DNA of 63,996 nt, the filler included, from Barthelona sp. PAP020 (lineage: Eukaryota): the NCBI GenBank assembly GCA_040182905.1. It is 3 parts of 3 records of this genome, joined end to end, with 100 filler letters (N's around TTAATTAATTAA, not from the genome) between each part and the next. Parts side by side here need not be neighbours in the genome. Positions count along the whole stretch, not along the records: positions 1 to 24,353 come from JARQWU010000157.1; positions 24,454 to 48,648 come from JARQWU010000158.1; 1 more part is not named here. One strand, 5' to 3'. Positions 20,668 to 31,747 of the stretch are shown in pieces. The position numbers and the translations under genes are program-made. Below the pieces are notes generated by a model. It searched no databases. It saw nothing but the letters and a program-made list of their open reading frames with translations, and was not told the origin of the DNA. Position 1 is the first letter of the stretch, and every line of letters begins with the position of its first letter.

Positions 20668-23600
20668 ATGAAGAGTGGAACGAAAATTAAGAACTTACCC
20701 CCATTTATATCGACACCAAAAGTTATTGAATTTATAGATTTTGAAGTTGGAAAAATTTATAAACAATCTATTACATTAACCAATGTATCTTCCACCCGAA
20801 ATAGCTGTAAATTATTAGAATTACCATTAGAACATCAAGATTCTTTAACAATTGATTTCACACCCCAAGGATTTATATCTGCAGGAATATCTTTTGAATT
20901 TGAAGTTACTTTTCATCCAGTAAAAAACGAAGACATATACACCGAGATACCTGGTATATCTGCAAAAGGAGCGTTTCAGATTCCAATAATTTGCAAAACT
21001 AAACGTCATATAGTGCAAATCCCAGATAGTCTTGATTTTCAAATTATTCCTTTTTCTCAATCCAAAAAAATGTATTTAAATATTCGTTCAGAAGGAGCCT
21101 TACCATTAACCATAAACATATCTTCAGATCATGCTTCGCAAAATTCAGTAATTTACGAAAATGAGTTTGAAAATGAGATTGATTCGCCTTATGAGTTATC
21201 ATTTGTTGAATCAACCAATATCAGTGCTTATGGAAATGCGAACATTCCTATATTAATCAAGCCACAAAAACCTGGTTCATTATTTTGTACTTTGCATATT
21301 GTTTGTTCTTCTTCATTGACAACCACACATCATAATGTAATTTTGAGTGCTGAAGGGTCGAAACTGCCTGTTTATATTGATCGAAAGGAGTTAGATTTAC
21401 AAGTGGTATTCTTTGATCAAACCTACCGTGATTATTTTCAATTGGTCAACACTTCTAAAAGTGCATTAAAATGTAAGATGAGTTTACCCGCCTTTTTCTC
21501 ATCTAAAGAATGCGAGTTAATGGGACTCAGTAATTCCATTCAGATATTACCTTCGTTGGGTTATGTACAAGCAAATTCGTCCTTGCAAATTGGTTGCAAG
21601 ATCAAAGTTTTCAGTAGTTTGTGTGAATTGCCGGAATTTTATGATGGAACATTTATAAAAATACCTATTTATATTGAAGTTGCAAATGAAGTTGTTCCGT
21701 TAAAGATCGTATTGGTTGCCAGACCATCTACAAACAAATTAGTTGTCTTATCGTCTAATGATGCTCCTATACACACTATCAACTTAGGGGAAATCTTATT
21801 GAATCAACAGCGTTCTATTCCTTTGAAAATCAAGAATGAAGCAATAGTACCCCAAGAAGTCTGTCTAAAAGGCCCTAGCAGAATTTGTAAAGTCTATCCA
21901 AATGATGGTTTGATGTGTATCAGACCTGATCAAACTGTAGAGACTGTTGTACAAATTTGTCCTGCTATTTTAGGATCAAATACCAGAGAATTAGTTTTAC
22001 AAAGTCTGTTTGGTTTTCAAAAGACAATTAAAATAACTTATCAATGTATAGAGCCGATAATTACTTGTGATATTCAGTGTATTAATTTTGGTAATGTAGA
22101 TGCAAACCAAACCAGATCAAAATCAGTGTGTTTGATCAATCAATCCAAATCAACTCAAATAATTGAATTGACCTTGCCTGATGGACCATTCAAAGTATCG
22201 CCTTCAACCCTAGAAATTACTGGAAAGAGTTCAAGAATGGTTGAGATCGTTTTTAAAGCAATTGACTATGAACAAACGAAGAATGAGGCAAAACAATTGA
22301 AAGAAGAGTATGAAAGAGCCTTAGAAGAATGGAATCAAAAGATGGAATACTTTAATGAAGATAATATCCAAATGGATCCAGATACCCCTTCAAAACAAGG
22401 GAACACTAAAAAAAAAGGTGGTACAAAGAATGTGAAGAGTTCAAAAGTTTCCAAAAGTTCAAAAAGTTCAAAAATTTCAAAAAATACGAACGATTCCACA
22501 ACTTTGGAATTGCCTGAAAAACCTGTATTGAAAATACCTGAAAACTATTCATTAGATGAAGCAATTGTTTATAGTGAAGGGTTATTTGTTACTAAATTAG
22601 GTTTATCTGTTCAAAATCATGAGGCTTATGAGCAATATATACTTTTACAAGGTTTCACTGGTATGAAGAAGACAATTTTAGTGGATAGCAACAACGAAGT
22701 AATTACTCAAATCAATTTTGGGAATATTCCAGTGGGAAAACGTGTAACCAAAACGTTCTACATAAAAAATTTGTATGATGACGATATTTACCCAGAAACC
22801 TTACCTTTTGGTATTCAATCTGGATTTGAGCTCGTTACAACCCCTAGAATGATCAAAGCAGGAGAATCGATTCGCATCATGTTTAGTTTTCAACCGAATT
22901 ATGAACGACAATACTGCGATTTCTTTTCCTTTCGCACACACTGCAATGAGTTCACGGTACCTTTGATTGGTGAGGGAAAAAGTCCAAATTTGGAGATTCT
23001 TCCTGAAAATCTTGAACACCATCATTTTGGTTGTTGTTCGGTAAATGAGAAGTTGAAAAAGACCTTTCAGATCAAAAATTTATCCATTTTTGCTGTACAG
23101 TTGCAGTGTAAAGTTAAAAAGTTGCTACCATTGCCAATCAATGGTATTTCACCCTTTTTATTATCAATAACCGATAAATATTTGGAGCCAAATGAAACTG
23201 TTGAAGTAATTGTAACGTTTCAACCAAGTTATAATCAATCGTATCAATGTGTTTTGGAATTTGATAGTGGTTCTCTTGATTATCTACAGACTTGTCAATT
23301 ATCAGGAAACGGTTGTTTTGATCAGCTTTATATTGATCAAAGCGAAAAAGATCCATTCACTGAAAAATCAAAAACATTTTTTGAAATGCAGGGAAAAATC
23401 AATTCAAATTTGTTCTTGAAAAATTTGGAAAAATCTCAGTATCTTAACATTGGCAACCCTCTCAGTAAGAAGATTGATTGTTTCATTGATAATGTTTCTT
23501 TGCCTTTTGTCATTCAAAATTGTAAATTTTCAATTGAATCCAACGATTATGAGAGAGTCGAAGTCAAACTCGATCCTTCCGTTGAGTTTGGTGTATTATA

Positions 23601-23694
23601 TGAATCGGAAATAGTCATTCGTTGCAATGAATTTAAAAGTGATTCAAAAATTCATCTTTTAGCTTATCTTCAAAACAAAGAACAATCATTTTGA
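20668..23694 (+). CDS. CFAP74: Cilia- and flagella-associated protein 74-like (multiple ASH domains)
   Basis: PFISTPKVIEFIDFEVGKIYKQSITLTN...GFISAGISFEFEVTFHP; repeated INFG...I.N ASH motifs. Confidence 0.75.
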   Translation: MKSGTKIKNLPPFISTPKVIEFIDFEVGKIYKQSITLTNVSSTRNSCKLLELPLEHQDSLTIDFTPQGFISAGISFEFEVTFHPVKNEDIYTEIPGISAKGAFQIPIICKTKRHIVQIPDSLDFQIIPFSQSKKMYLNIRSEGALPLTINISSDHASQNSVIYENEFENEIDSPYELSFVESTNISAYGNANIPILIKPQKPGSLFCTLHIVCSSSLTTTHHNVILSAEGSKLPVYIDRKELDLQVVFFDQTYRDYFQLVNTSKSALKCKMSLPAFFSSKECELMGLSNSIQILPSLGYVQANSSLQIGCKIKVFSSLCELPEFYDGTFIKIPIYIEVANEVVPLKIVLVARPSTNKLVVLSSNDAPIHTINLGEILLNQQRSIPLKIKNEAIVPQEVCLKGPSRICKVYPNDGLMCIRPDQTVETVVQICPAILGSNTRELVLQSLFGFQKTIKITYQCIEPIITCDIQCINFGNVDANQTRSKSVCLINQSKSTQIIELTLPDGPFKVSPSTLEITGKSSRMVEIVFKAIDYEQTKNEAKQLKEEYERALEEWNQKMEYFNEDNIQMDPDTPSKQGNTKKKGGTKNVKSSKVSKSSKSSKISKNTNDSTTLELPEKPVLKIPENYSLDEAIVYSEGLFVTKLGLSVQNHEAYEQYILLQGFTGMKKTILVDSNNEVITQINFGNIPVGKRVTKTFYIKNLYDDDIYPETLPFGIQSGFELVTTPRMIKAGESIRIMFSFQPNYERQYCDFFSFRTHCNEFTVPLIGEGKSPNLEILPENLEHHHFGCCSVNEKLKKTFQIKNLSIFAVQLQCKVKKLLPLPINGISPFLLSITDKYLEPNETVEVIVTFQPSYNQSYQCVLEFDSGSLDYLQTCQLSGNGCFDQLYIDQSEKDPFTEKSKTFFEMQGKINSNLFLKNLEKSQYLNIGNPLSKKIDCFIDNVSLPFVIQNCKFSIESNDYERVEVKLDPSVEFGVLYESEIVIRCNEFKSDSKIHLLAYLQNKEQSF

Positions 23695-24353
23695 GAGTTA
23701 TTTCAACTGTTTTTTGTGTGTAAAAAAAATGTTTCTTTTTTTGAACAAGAAAATATTGGACATCACATCTGAACATTCAATTCATATAGATTTCAATGCT
23801 TGTCGGCAAGCGTAAGTGAAGGAAACAACAATTTGTAACCAGAACTTTATAAAAGAAGTCGAAGGATATTTTACCAATAATTAACAGAATGCAATTTCTC
23901 AAACTGTCCCACAGACAATATAAATGTGTTTAAGGTTTTTTCTTGCAATTTTGACATAAATGGATATCAAAAATGAAAGTGAAATAACAGCAAAGAATAA
24001 AATGATTCATGATAAGATGGATACAAGTGTACATAGTAGGTTTGCAAGGAATTACAAGGTTTCATCAAGGAAAACCCATAGAAGAACAATCAAAATTTAT
24101 TAGTAAGAAAGAAATGATTGTAAACACTTTTATTTGGATAAGCGCCCCATCCACACCTAGAGTGTTCTGAACCATCCACGCAAAACGACTCAGTTGCAAG
24201 TACCCCCAAGCTCTAACCGAGAACAATAAAGATCTTTATAAACTTGTGTAGCGCAGCGGACATTTCACAAGGAGGGAAAAAGAAAAGCGTGAAGAAATGC
24301 GCCAGAATTTGAATCAAGCAAAATTTCTCGTATTTCAGAATTTATCAAATAAT

Positions 24354-24453
24354 NNNNNNNNNNNNNNNNNNNNNNNNNNNNNNNNNNNNNNNNNNNNTTA
24401 ATTAATTAANNNNNNNNNNNNNNNNNNNNNNNNNNNNNNNNNNNNNNNNNNNN
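24354..24453. other. Artificial contig-joining spacer (N44-TTAATTAATTAA-N44)
   Basis: 100-nt spacer containing a six-frame stop linker; same structure at 48649-48748. Confidence 0.97.
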
Positions 24454-24454
24454 G

Positions 24455-24619
24455 CCTGAACTAGTGTATCGGGACAATATTCAGTGGATAGTAAACGCCC
24501 TTTCTTTAGAATTAAGTGATGAAGAGGCTGAAGATAAATTTAATGAACTTATAGATAAAGCCATGGCCACTTCATTCACTGATTGGGATCATATGTTTCA
24601 TATCATTAAACATTCATAG
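24455..24619 (+). CDS. Phosphoinositide 3-kinase catalytic subunit, C-terminal fragment (partial, contig start)
   Basis: PELVYRDNIQWIVNALSLELSDEEAEDKFNELIDKAMATSFTDWDHMFHIIKHS*, resembling the class I/II PI3K C-terminal helices. Confidence 0.75.
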   Translation, partial: PELVYRDNIQWIVNALSLELSDEEAEDKFNELIDKAMATSFTDWDHMFHIIKHS

Positions 24620-24921
24620 ATTGTTGTTTCTACTTTTTTTTTTCTTTTTTTTCAAGTTTCCAAACAAAATCTGTGAGACTTTTTTGTTTTTGTTTGGTTT
24701 GGCAATCTATTAATCTTATAGTTTGATCCAAAATGTATTTATATTCAGTCAGTTGGAGAAAAACACCTTTTCCAACATTTCATAAATAGATTTGTTAATT
24801 TAATTTTTTTTGCTAATTTTTTTCAGTTTTTCTCTTTCAAAATACTGGAAACAATGGAAGTAATAGTGAATTAAATTATTAGAAATCAAACAAAGGAATA
24901 AACAAACAAAAGAATGAGTTT

Positions 24922-26505
24922 TTACATATTTAAAAGATGAAGAGTTGATTGAAATGTTTGAAACTTTTTCTTGTAAGAATTATTCTCTTCTTCAAGAAGA
25001 TTATATTGCTCCAAGAGATAACGTAATTCTTCATCAAATTGATTGTTTTTTTCAATAAGATCAGAATTTTCTAATTTCAATTTAGACATTTCCAATTCAT
25101 TTTTTTGTTTAATCTTTTGCAATTTAGCTTTAAAATTTTGTTCTAAAATTTCCAAATCTTCCAAACATTTGTCTAAACTTTGTTGTAATTGCAATTTTTC
25201 ATTATCAAAATTAAAATTTTGAATGTCAATTTTTCTTTGATTTTCCAATTTTATTTGTTGCAATTCGATTGTGTAATTTTCTTTCAAATGATCAACATTT
25301 TTTTTATCTGTTAATAATTCTTGATTTTTTGTTTTTAGATTGTCAATTTCTTCCAAAAGTTTATTATTATCAATCTTTAAATTGTTTAAAAGCTTGAAAT
25401 TTTCACCAATTTGATCGTCTTGAAATTTTAGTCGGTCATTTTGTAATTTTATCTGATCATTCTGTAATTTTATTTGTTCATTTTGATCTTTTATGGTTTT
25501 TTTTAATTTTTCATTTGTATTTGATACTTCTTCAATGTTTTCAGCAACTTCTTCTAATTCTGCTAGTCCTTCCTGAATTTTTTGATATTTTATTTTCTCT
25601 TTTTTAGAGACACTCAATATTTTTTCTTTCTCTTTTTTATGCTCTGATATAATCAATTCATTTGATAATATTGTTGATTCTTTTGTGTCAATAATCAATT
25701 TTAACTCCTCAATCGTCTTTTCACAATCATAACAAATAGTTTCTAAATGTTTCTTGCTTTTTAATAAACTTTCCCTTTTGAATTTTTCTTTTTCAAGTTC
25801 ATCACTCCTGTCTTTCAAAATTATTTCTAATTTTGCCAATTTTTGTTCATTTTCATTGGTTATACCATCTATTTTAACTTTATATTCATCTAATAATCGA
25901 TCTTTTCCATCCAATTGTCCCTGAAACAAAGAAAGTTTTTTTGATAGATTCTCATTTTCTTTCGCTAATATCATCAAATTTTCATTATTTTTTTGTATCA
26001 AGTCTTCTTTTTCACTCAATTCTTTTTGTAATTTAGAAACGTTCAAAGAAAATTGTTCATTTTTATATTCCAAACTTTTAAAATTTTCAGAATTCATTTC
26101 TAATTCACAATTAACTTTCTTAAGATGTTCAATTTGCTTACTAAGTTGTTCTAATCTTAATGTAGAATCATTTAATTTCATTGTTAAATCATACGTTTTC
26201 TTTTTGAATACTTCCAATTCCATATTTGTCTCATCCAATTTTAATGCTTGATTATCCATTTTCAAAGCTAAATTTTTGCTATTTTGTTTGGTTTGATCAA
26301 GTTCTATTTCCAATGAAGCAATAACATTGTTTTTACTCTCTAATTGTCCAACTTCATCCTCAAGTAATTGCATTTGAACTTTTAAATCTTTATATTCTTT
26401 CAATTCTTCTTTTTTCTTGTCTAATTCACTTCGTAGACCACAAATCAATTTCGAAGTTTTCTTATGAAATTCAGGGATACTTAAATTATAATCATAGGAA
26501 TTCAT
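24922..26505 (-). CDS. Long coiled-coil protein, unknown function
   Basis: 527 aa, E/K/L/N/Q-rich heptads including tandem QNEQIKL-QNDQIKL-QNDRLKF. Confidence 0.7.
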   Translation of the reverse strand: MNSYDYNLSIPEFHKKTSKLICGLRSELDKKKEELKEYKDLKVQMQLLEDEVGQLESKNNVIASLEIELDQTKQNSKNLALKMDNQALKLDETNMELEVFKKKTYDLTMKLNDSTLRLEQLSKQIEHLKKVNCELEMNSENFKSLEYKNEQFSLNVSKLQKELSEKEDLIQKNNENLMILAKENENLSKKLSLFQGQLDGKDRLLDEYKVKIDGITNENEQKLAKLEIILKDRSDELEKEKFKRESLLKSKKHLETICYDCEKTIEELKLIIDTKESTILSNELIISEHKKEKEKILSVSKKEKIKYQKIQEGLAELEEVAENIEEVSNTNEKLKKTIKDQNEQIKLQNDQIKLQNDRLKFQDDQIGENFKLLNNLKIDNNKLLEEIDNLKTKNQELLTDKKNVDHLKENYTIELQQIKLENQRKIDIQNFNFDNEKLQLQQSLDKCLEDLEILEQNFKAKLQKIKQKNELEMSKLKLENSDLIEKNNQFDEELRYLLEQYNLLEEENNSYKKKFQTFQSTLHLLNM

Positions 26506-26942
26506 AAGATTGTTATCACATGTTTTAATGTAATAAAAGGAAAAAAAAAAGTTACTCTTTTTATGCCTTTTTTCTTTTTTAATATTTTGATTGTTTCATC
26601 AATCATTGTGCATATTCATGATTATAAATTAATATCAGCATTATTTTGTGTTGTTTGATTTGGAATCTACTGTTCTGAACGTAAAGGGGAAGTAAAAATG
26701 AGCATTGTCTTCTTCATTAATTGTACAATCTTATTATGTTTCATTTGACTAAAAGAATTTGATTCAGCAAAACAATCAAATCAGTTATCTCAGATCACTT
26801 TTTTGCTTTCAAAGATAGATTCAGATCATTCAACTGATAAAATAAATAATCTAATATAAAATAAGTTTCATTCATAACCCAAAAATTTACTTTGAAAATT
26901 GAAAAAGGAGCAAATTATTCATTCATTCTTAATAATTTCCAT

Positions 26943-28154
26943 ATGTCTGTCAATTCTAGCAGTGAAATTGTGAAGAAAGTAATTTCTGATATGTTTCTTA
27001 TGAAAATTGATGAAAGCAGTGTCAAAGGAATTGGAGATTTTCTTGATGCTTTTATGTTTGATGCTAAATACTCACCTGATGGTAGATTTTTGGCGATTGG
27101 AAGTGCAGGAGGTGCTGGTTATGTTCTTGATGTACAAACTGAAAAGCTTCATCATGTTTTGAGTGATCACAGATCTGACATTTATGGTGTCGCTTTTTCG
27201 CAAGATGGAAAAATGTTAGCAACTTGCTCTTGGGATAATTCTATTATTATTTACAATTTTGCAGATTTTTCGATTTTCACTCAATTGAATAATGATTGTG
27301 GGTTTTTGCAGGTTTGTTTTTCCCATTGTTGTAACTATTTGTACAGTACAGATGGCAATGGAACTGTTAAAAAGTGGAATGTTAACAATAGCAGTGTTGT
27401 TTTGTCAAAAAAGATTCATTCTACCCAAACTTGGAGACTAAAACTTTCATTGGATAACAAATATCTTTTGACTGGCAGTGATGACAAAACTGCCAAAGTG
27501 GTTGACATCCAGGATTTTTCTGTTGTTCATTCGTTTGGGAGTGACAATGCTGTTAGAAGTATTGACTTCCATCCAACCAAAAAAATTGTTGCTATTGGGG
27601 ATTTATCAGGCAAAGTCAAACTCTACAATCTGGAAGATGAATCAGTTATTTATACGTTTGATTTCTGGGGTCAGCCATATTGCATTTGTTTTGCTTCTCC
27701 ACAAATCCTTCTGGGAATAGCTGGTAATGGTTATATAACTTTATATGATGTGGAGAGCTTTCAAGAGATTCAAAAAATTCATTGTAATGTGGATTATGCA
27801 TATTTTTACTGTGCTATCTCACCAAACATGACCAAATTGATATGTGGAAAATGTAAAGATCGCCCTATCAAGATTTATTCAATCGAACATTCTTATAAAC
27901 CTTCAAGTCAATCAATGATTATTGAACTATCAAAAGAAAATGATTTTGTTTTGTCAAATATCCTGAGCAAGAATCCCAATAATAGCATCATCAGAAAATT
28001 AGTAGCTGGAGGAATTTACATGAATAAAGAAGACTTTAACTTGATCATAAATGAATGTTGGGATTTAGTTGACCTGAATGAAACCAATGGAGGCAACATG
28101 TACAAGTTTATGAATGTTCAAAGCAGTGAAACTGATGAAGATGTTGATGATTAA
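26943..28154 (+). CDS. WD40 beta-propeller protein with lineage-specific C-terminal domain (paralogue A)
   Basis: About 7 WD repeats (HRSDIYGVAFSQDGKMLATCSWD; IDFHPTKKIVAIGD) then IIRKLVAGGIYMN...CWDLVDLNETNGGNM. Start MSVNSS at 26943. Confidence 0.85.
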   Translation: MSVNSSSEIVKKVISDMFLMKIDESSVKGIGDFLDAFMFDAKYSPDGRFLAIGSAGGAGYVLDVQTEKLHHVLSDHRSDIYGVAFSQDGKMLATCSWDNSIIIYNFADFSIFTQLNNDCGFLQVCFSHCCNYLYSTDGNGTVKKWNVNNSSVVLSKKIHSTQTWRLKLSLDNKYLLTGSDDKTAKVVDIQDFSVVHSFGSDNAVRSIDFHPTKKIVAIGDLSGKVKLYNLEDESVIYTFDFWGQPYCICFASPQILLGIAGNGYITLYDVESFQEIQKIHCNVDYAYFYCAISPNMTKLICGKCKDRPIKIYSIEHSYKPSSQSMIIELSKENDFVLSNILSKNPNNSIIRKLVAGGIYMNKEDFNLIINECWDLVDLNETNGGNMYKFMNVQSSETDEDVDD

Positions 28155-29103
28155 TCTTCATGGAAGTTTGCAAACTTTTAATTATTAGAATTGATCCACC
28201 AACAATTTAATTGTCTTTTAGTATTGATTTTCCCTGGGTAAATTCAATTAGAAATATTCATCATTGATACCACTTCACAAAATAGAAGTTAACTCAGGTT
28301 TGAAAGGATTTGAACACACAAATGATTTACCATTGATTCAAATGTTAAGAATGATAATGTTTAGTGTTTTGTTAACCTTTGCCTCACAATAAGATTTTCC
28401 AAAAGTTTGTTTAAAGAATTTTCTTGTGACAAATGCATATGTTTGAATATGTTTAAAGTTGTACATTCGTGTACATTATGTAAATATTATGTTAATTTTT
28501 GTCTTTATCATGAATCAAATGTGTATTTCTTTGACTTCTTCATTTGCTTCAACTCAATTATTTATCATATCTATTTTCATCGCACAAGGTGTTTTAAGGA
28601 ACTTACAACCATAAATATGATCCTTTAAGTAAATATACAACAATATACAGTACATTTGACGGAATGTAAAATTTCAACTTTGGTGACAAAAGCCATGGTT
28701 TGTGATATATTCACTTCCATTATTTTCTGAGAAAATAGGCAGTTATATACAATCAGCAACAGAATTTGAGAATTACTTACCCTCTAAAGAGGCAAAAGTT
28801 TCAAGACTTTTAATAATCATTCATTTATCTTGTTTTCTCCTAACTCACTTAATGGTCATAAATTAAAAAAAAAAAGGAAAAAAGTGAAAATAAAAAAAAA
28901 CCAAGCAAAATTTTTCTTCCACAACAGACTCCCAAATATTCATCACTTTTTGACTTAATTTTTTGACCTAAAATTTTCAGAACATTTGTAATTAATGAAA
29001 TGAAAACTGAAAATAATTTCTTTTGGTTTTGTTTTCATGATGTGGGTTATGATTCCCAATAACATTATTAATTTCTTATTGATGAGTTAGTTGTTGTTTT
29101 TAT

Positions 29104-31236
29104 ATGTATATGAGGATATTTTTTAATCTTCTTATATGTATTATATGCATTAAAACTGTGTGTTTTTGCTATTCAACAATATTAATTGATGATATGATAA
29201 ATCATTATGAAATTAATGATAAATATAACAATATTGTGTTGAAAAAATCTTCAAACGACAAATTATTGCTAGATTTTAGGCATTTTGAAAATGTTTTGAA
29301 AGATACTTTTATTATTTTCGAACCAAATATTAATAATTGTGAAAATATTAAGAAGTTAAAATATACCTTTTATTCAGATGAAAAGAAAGGAATTGAAACA
29401 AAAACAATGTTTAAAAATAATCCTTGTAAAAGACGATTTATTCATTTAAAAGATATTCTTGACTTAAAGATTTTTATTTTATTTGATGAGACAAAATCTA
29501 ACGTAGATTCATCAGAATTTAATAATTTTGGCATTTTAAGAGTCTTTTTGCCTGATGAAAATGATGATGAATTATTTATTTTCAATAATATCAACAAAGA
29601 TAATTATTTTGAGAATAAACCATTGAAAGATTTGGATTTCAACATTGAAATTATTGATATTTTGACGCAAACAGATTCATATTCAAAGGGTGAAATATTA
29701 AATTTGGAAGAACTTGATTTACCAGTAGAGAATTTATTTTTGTTGTTAAAACCAATTCAAATTTCCCGGGAGTGTCCTGTTTCTGAGTTGACTGGCGCTT
29801 GCAAAGTTATTGTTGATGAACCTGTGATGATTTTGGATGGAAAGAATAAAATGGCAATTGAGGATGTCTTTAGTTTGGAAAAATGTCATTGTTTAGATGT
29901 TGTCTATGATTTGAATGCTGACGAGGATTCTTTTGGTGAATTATATTTTGTTCCAATTATTATGAGATCTGATATCATTTCAAATACCGATGATGATGAT
30001 GAGTTTAGTTTCAATTCCTTCAATGAAATTGGTGTAGAATCAGTAAAATCAGAAGCCATTTTAAATAGTGACACTGAATATACCTGTCCAAACAATGTTT
30101 CAACTGATGATTCAAATGGTTCTTTTAATATTAAGGGAGAATGTGAAGGTTATATTGATTTGACTGAACCCAGTTCTAATTGTTATTTGGAACTAACTTT
30201 GACCAATTATTATTTGCCAAAATATGAAAGAGACAAACTTTTTATCAATAATGAAAAGGTGTTTGTTGGATTTCACCCTAACAGCCCATATACAATGAAA
30301 ATTGATGAAAATAAAGTATCAATTGATTATAAATTAACTCAACAAGGATATTTTTCCTTTTATTGGAATTGGACGTGTTTTGATCCTTTTCAATGTGTAG
30401 ATTGCATGGGAATTGGATGCAGTTCATCAAATGAATGTGTTTGTGATTCAAAACGTGTTGGAAAAAAATGTGACTATTTTTCTTCCACAGATATTCATTT
30501 TGAACCTTTCACAACGGGAAATATTAGATATGAAACATTCGCACCAAAGAAACAATCTAGAGTGCTATTCTTTTTTGATACCTTTTTAAATAGTTCAGAA
30601 GGAATGCAAACATATTTTCCTGAAATTGCAGAATGTAAGACCCTTTTCAATGTTAATAAAAAACTGTTGCATGAGAATATTGAACTAGATTTTGATTATT
30701 TTGGTATTGACAATTACAAATTTAATCAAGATAATATCAACAATCTCAATTCTTTCCTTGTTGACAAAGTAGAAGCTTTTTCACTCAATGTTCAAAATAA
30801 TGATGAAAACACAATTGATCTATTTTTAGATTTGGATTATCAAACTTTGTGTATGCCGAAATATTTATGGAATGCATATTGTTACCATTATAATCATTCT
30901 ACTGAGTGTTTTGGTCGTACCTATTGTGATTTAGGTTATGGTGGAGATGATTGTTCGATAATGTTTGAAAAGAATGTTAATGAATGGTGGAAAATTGCTG
31001 TCGTGGGAATTTTAATCTTCATTGTCATTATAGTATTTTTGATTACTTGTGGTTGTTGTTGTTTTGCTTATTGGCACAATAAACAGAACAATAAGAGATA
31101 TGCCCAAGATCCAAATGATAAGAGTAATCCTAACAATATTTATGTTCCCCCCAATCCGGTTAGTGGTTATTCAAACGTTCAAAATCTACCTGTTGTTCCT
31201 GCTCAAAGGCAATTTAAACCGTTATATTACAATTAA
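29104..31236 (+). CDS. Type I membrane protein with CUB-like and EGF-like modules
   Basis: Signal-like N-terminus, CEGYI...DKLFIN (CUB-like), CVCDSKRVGKKC and CDLGYGGDDCS (EGF-like), TM WWKIAVVGILIFIVIIVFLIT followed by CGCCC, Pro-rich tail. Confidence 0.65.
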   Translation: MYMRIFFNLLICIICIKTVCFCYSTILIDDMINHYEINDKYNNIVLKKSSNDKLLLDFRHFENVLKDTFIIFEPNINNCENIKKLKYTFYSDEKKGIETKTMFKNNPCKRRFIHLKDILDLKIFILFDETKSNVDSSEFNNFGILRVFLPDENDDELFIFNNINKDNYFENKPLKDLDFNIEIIDILTQTDSYSKGEILNLEELDLPVENLFLLLKPIQISRECPVSELTGACKVIVDEPVMILDGKNKMAIEDVFSLEKCHCLDVVYDLNADEDSFGELYFVPIIMRSDIISNTDDDDEFSFNSFNEIGVESVKSEAILNSDTEYTCPNNVSTDDSNGSFNIKGECEGYIDLTEPSSNCYLELTLTNYYLPKYERDKLFINNEKVFVGFHPNSPYTMKIDENKVSIDYKLTQQGYFSFYWNWTCFDPFQCVDCMGIGCSSSNECVCDSKRVGKKCDYFSSTDIHFEPFTTGNIRYETFAPKKQSRVLFFFDTFLNSSEGMQTYFPEIAECKTLFNVNKKLLHENIELDFDYFGIDNYKFNQDNINNLNSFLVDKVEAFSLNVQNNDENTIDLFLDLDYQTLCMPKYLWNAYCYHYNHSTECFGRTYCDLGYGGDDCSIMFEKNVNEWWKIAVVGILIFIVIIVFLITCGCCCFAYWHNKQNNKRYAQDPNDKSNPNNIYVPPNPVSGYSNVQNLPVVPAQRQFKPLYYN

Positions 31237-31747
31237 AGAAGAAAAATGTTCTAAAATGGTAACAATAAATATGTGAAGTTTTTTGAGTTTTTTCATTTTT
31301 TTTTTTTTTTGTCGACAAAAACACCACAAAGAACATTCGAAGTTTAAAATGATTTAATTTTGAGTGGCACATATTTTCAGAAGACAAATGATTTTTGCTT
31401 TATCAAAATTTCTCTTATTTGCTATTATCAAAAGAAAGTTAATAATAAAGCAGCTGATGACGATTTTTATTTAGCAAAAGAAATCAAAAAGTTCCACTCC
31501 AATCATGTACATCATTTGCATCACGGCTATCAAAGAAACAAAAGGAGAAAAAAAAAAAAGGAAAAAGAAAGAAAGAAAAAGAAAATAAAGAACAAAAAAT
31601 TTACAACTTCTAAATTAATAATATTTGCAATTAACACTGTAAACATTGTATAAATTTTCATATTTGCATTTAATTCAAATATTTATAATTTTTTTCCTCA
31701 AAATAACGTAATTAAATGTAATATACTTCATCACACAATAAAAATGT

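Noticed and set aside
23700..24353. Somewhat GC-richer non-coding stretch at a contig end, possible transposon relic
   Set aside because: No open frame or recognisable transposase, RT or integrase motif that I can support.
24354..24453. Palindromic TTAATTAATTAA inside N runs (also 48649-48748)
   Set aside because: Artificial six-frame-stop linker used to concatenate contigs; not biological.
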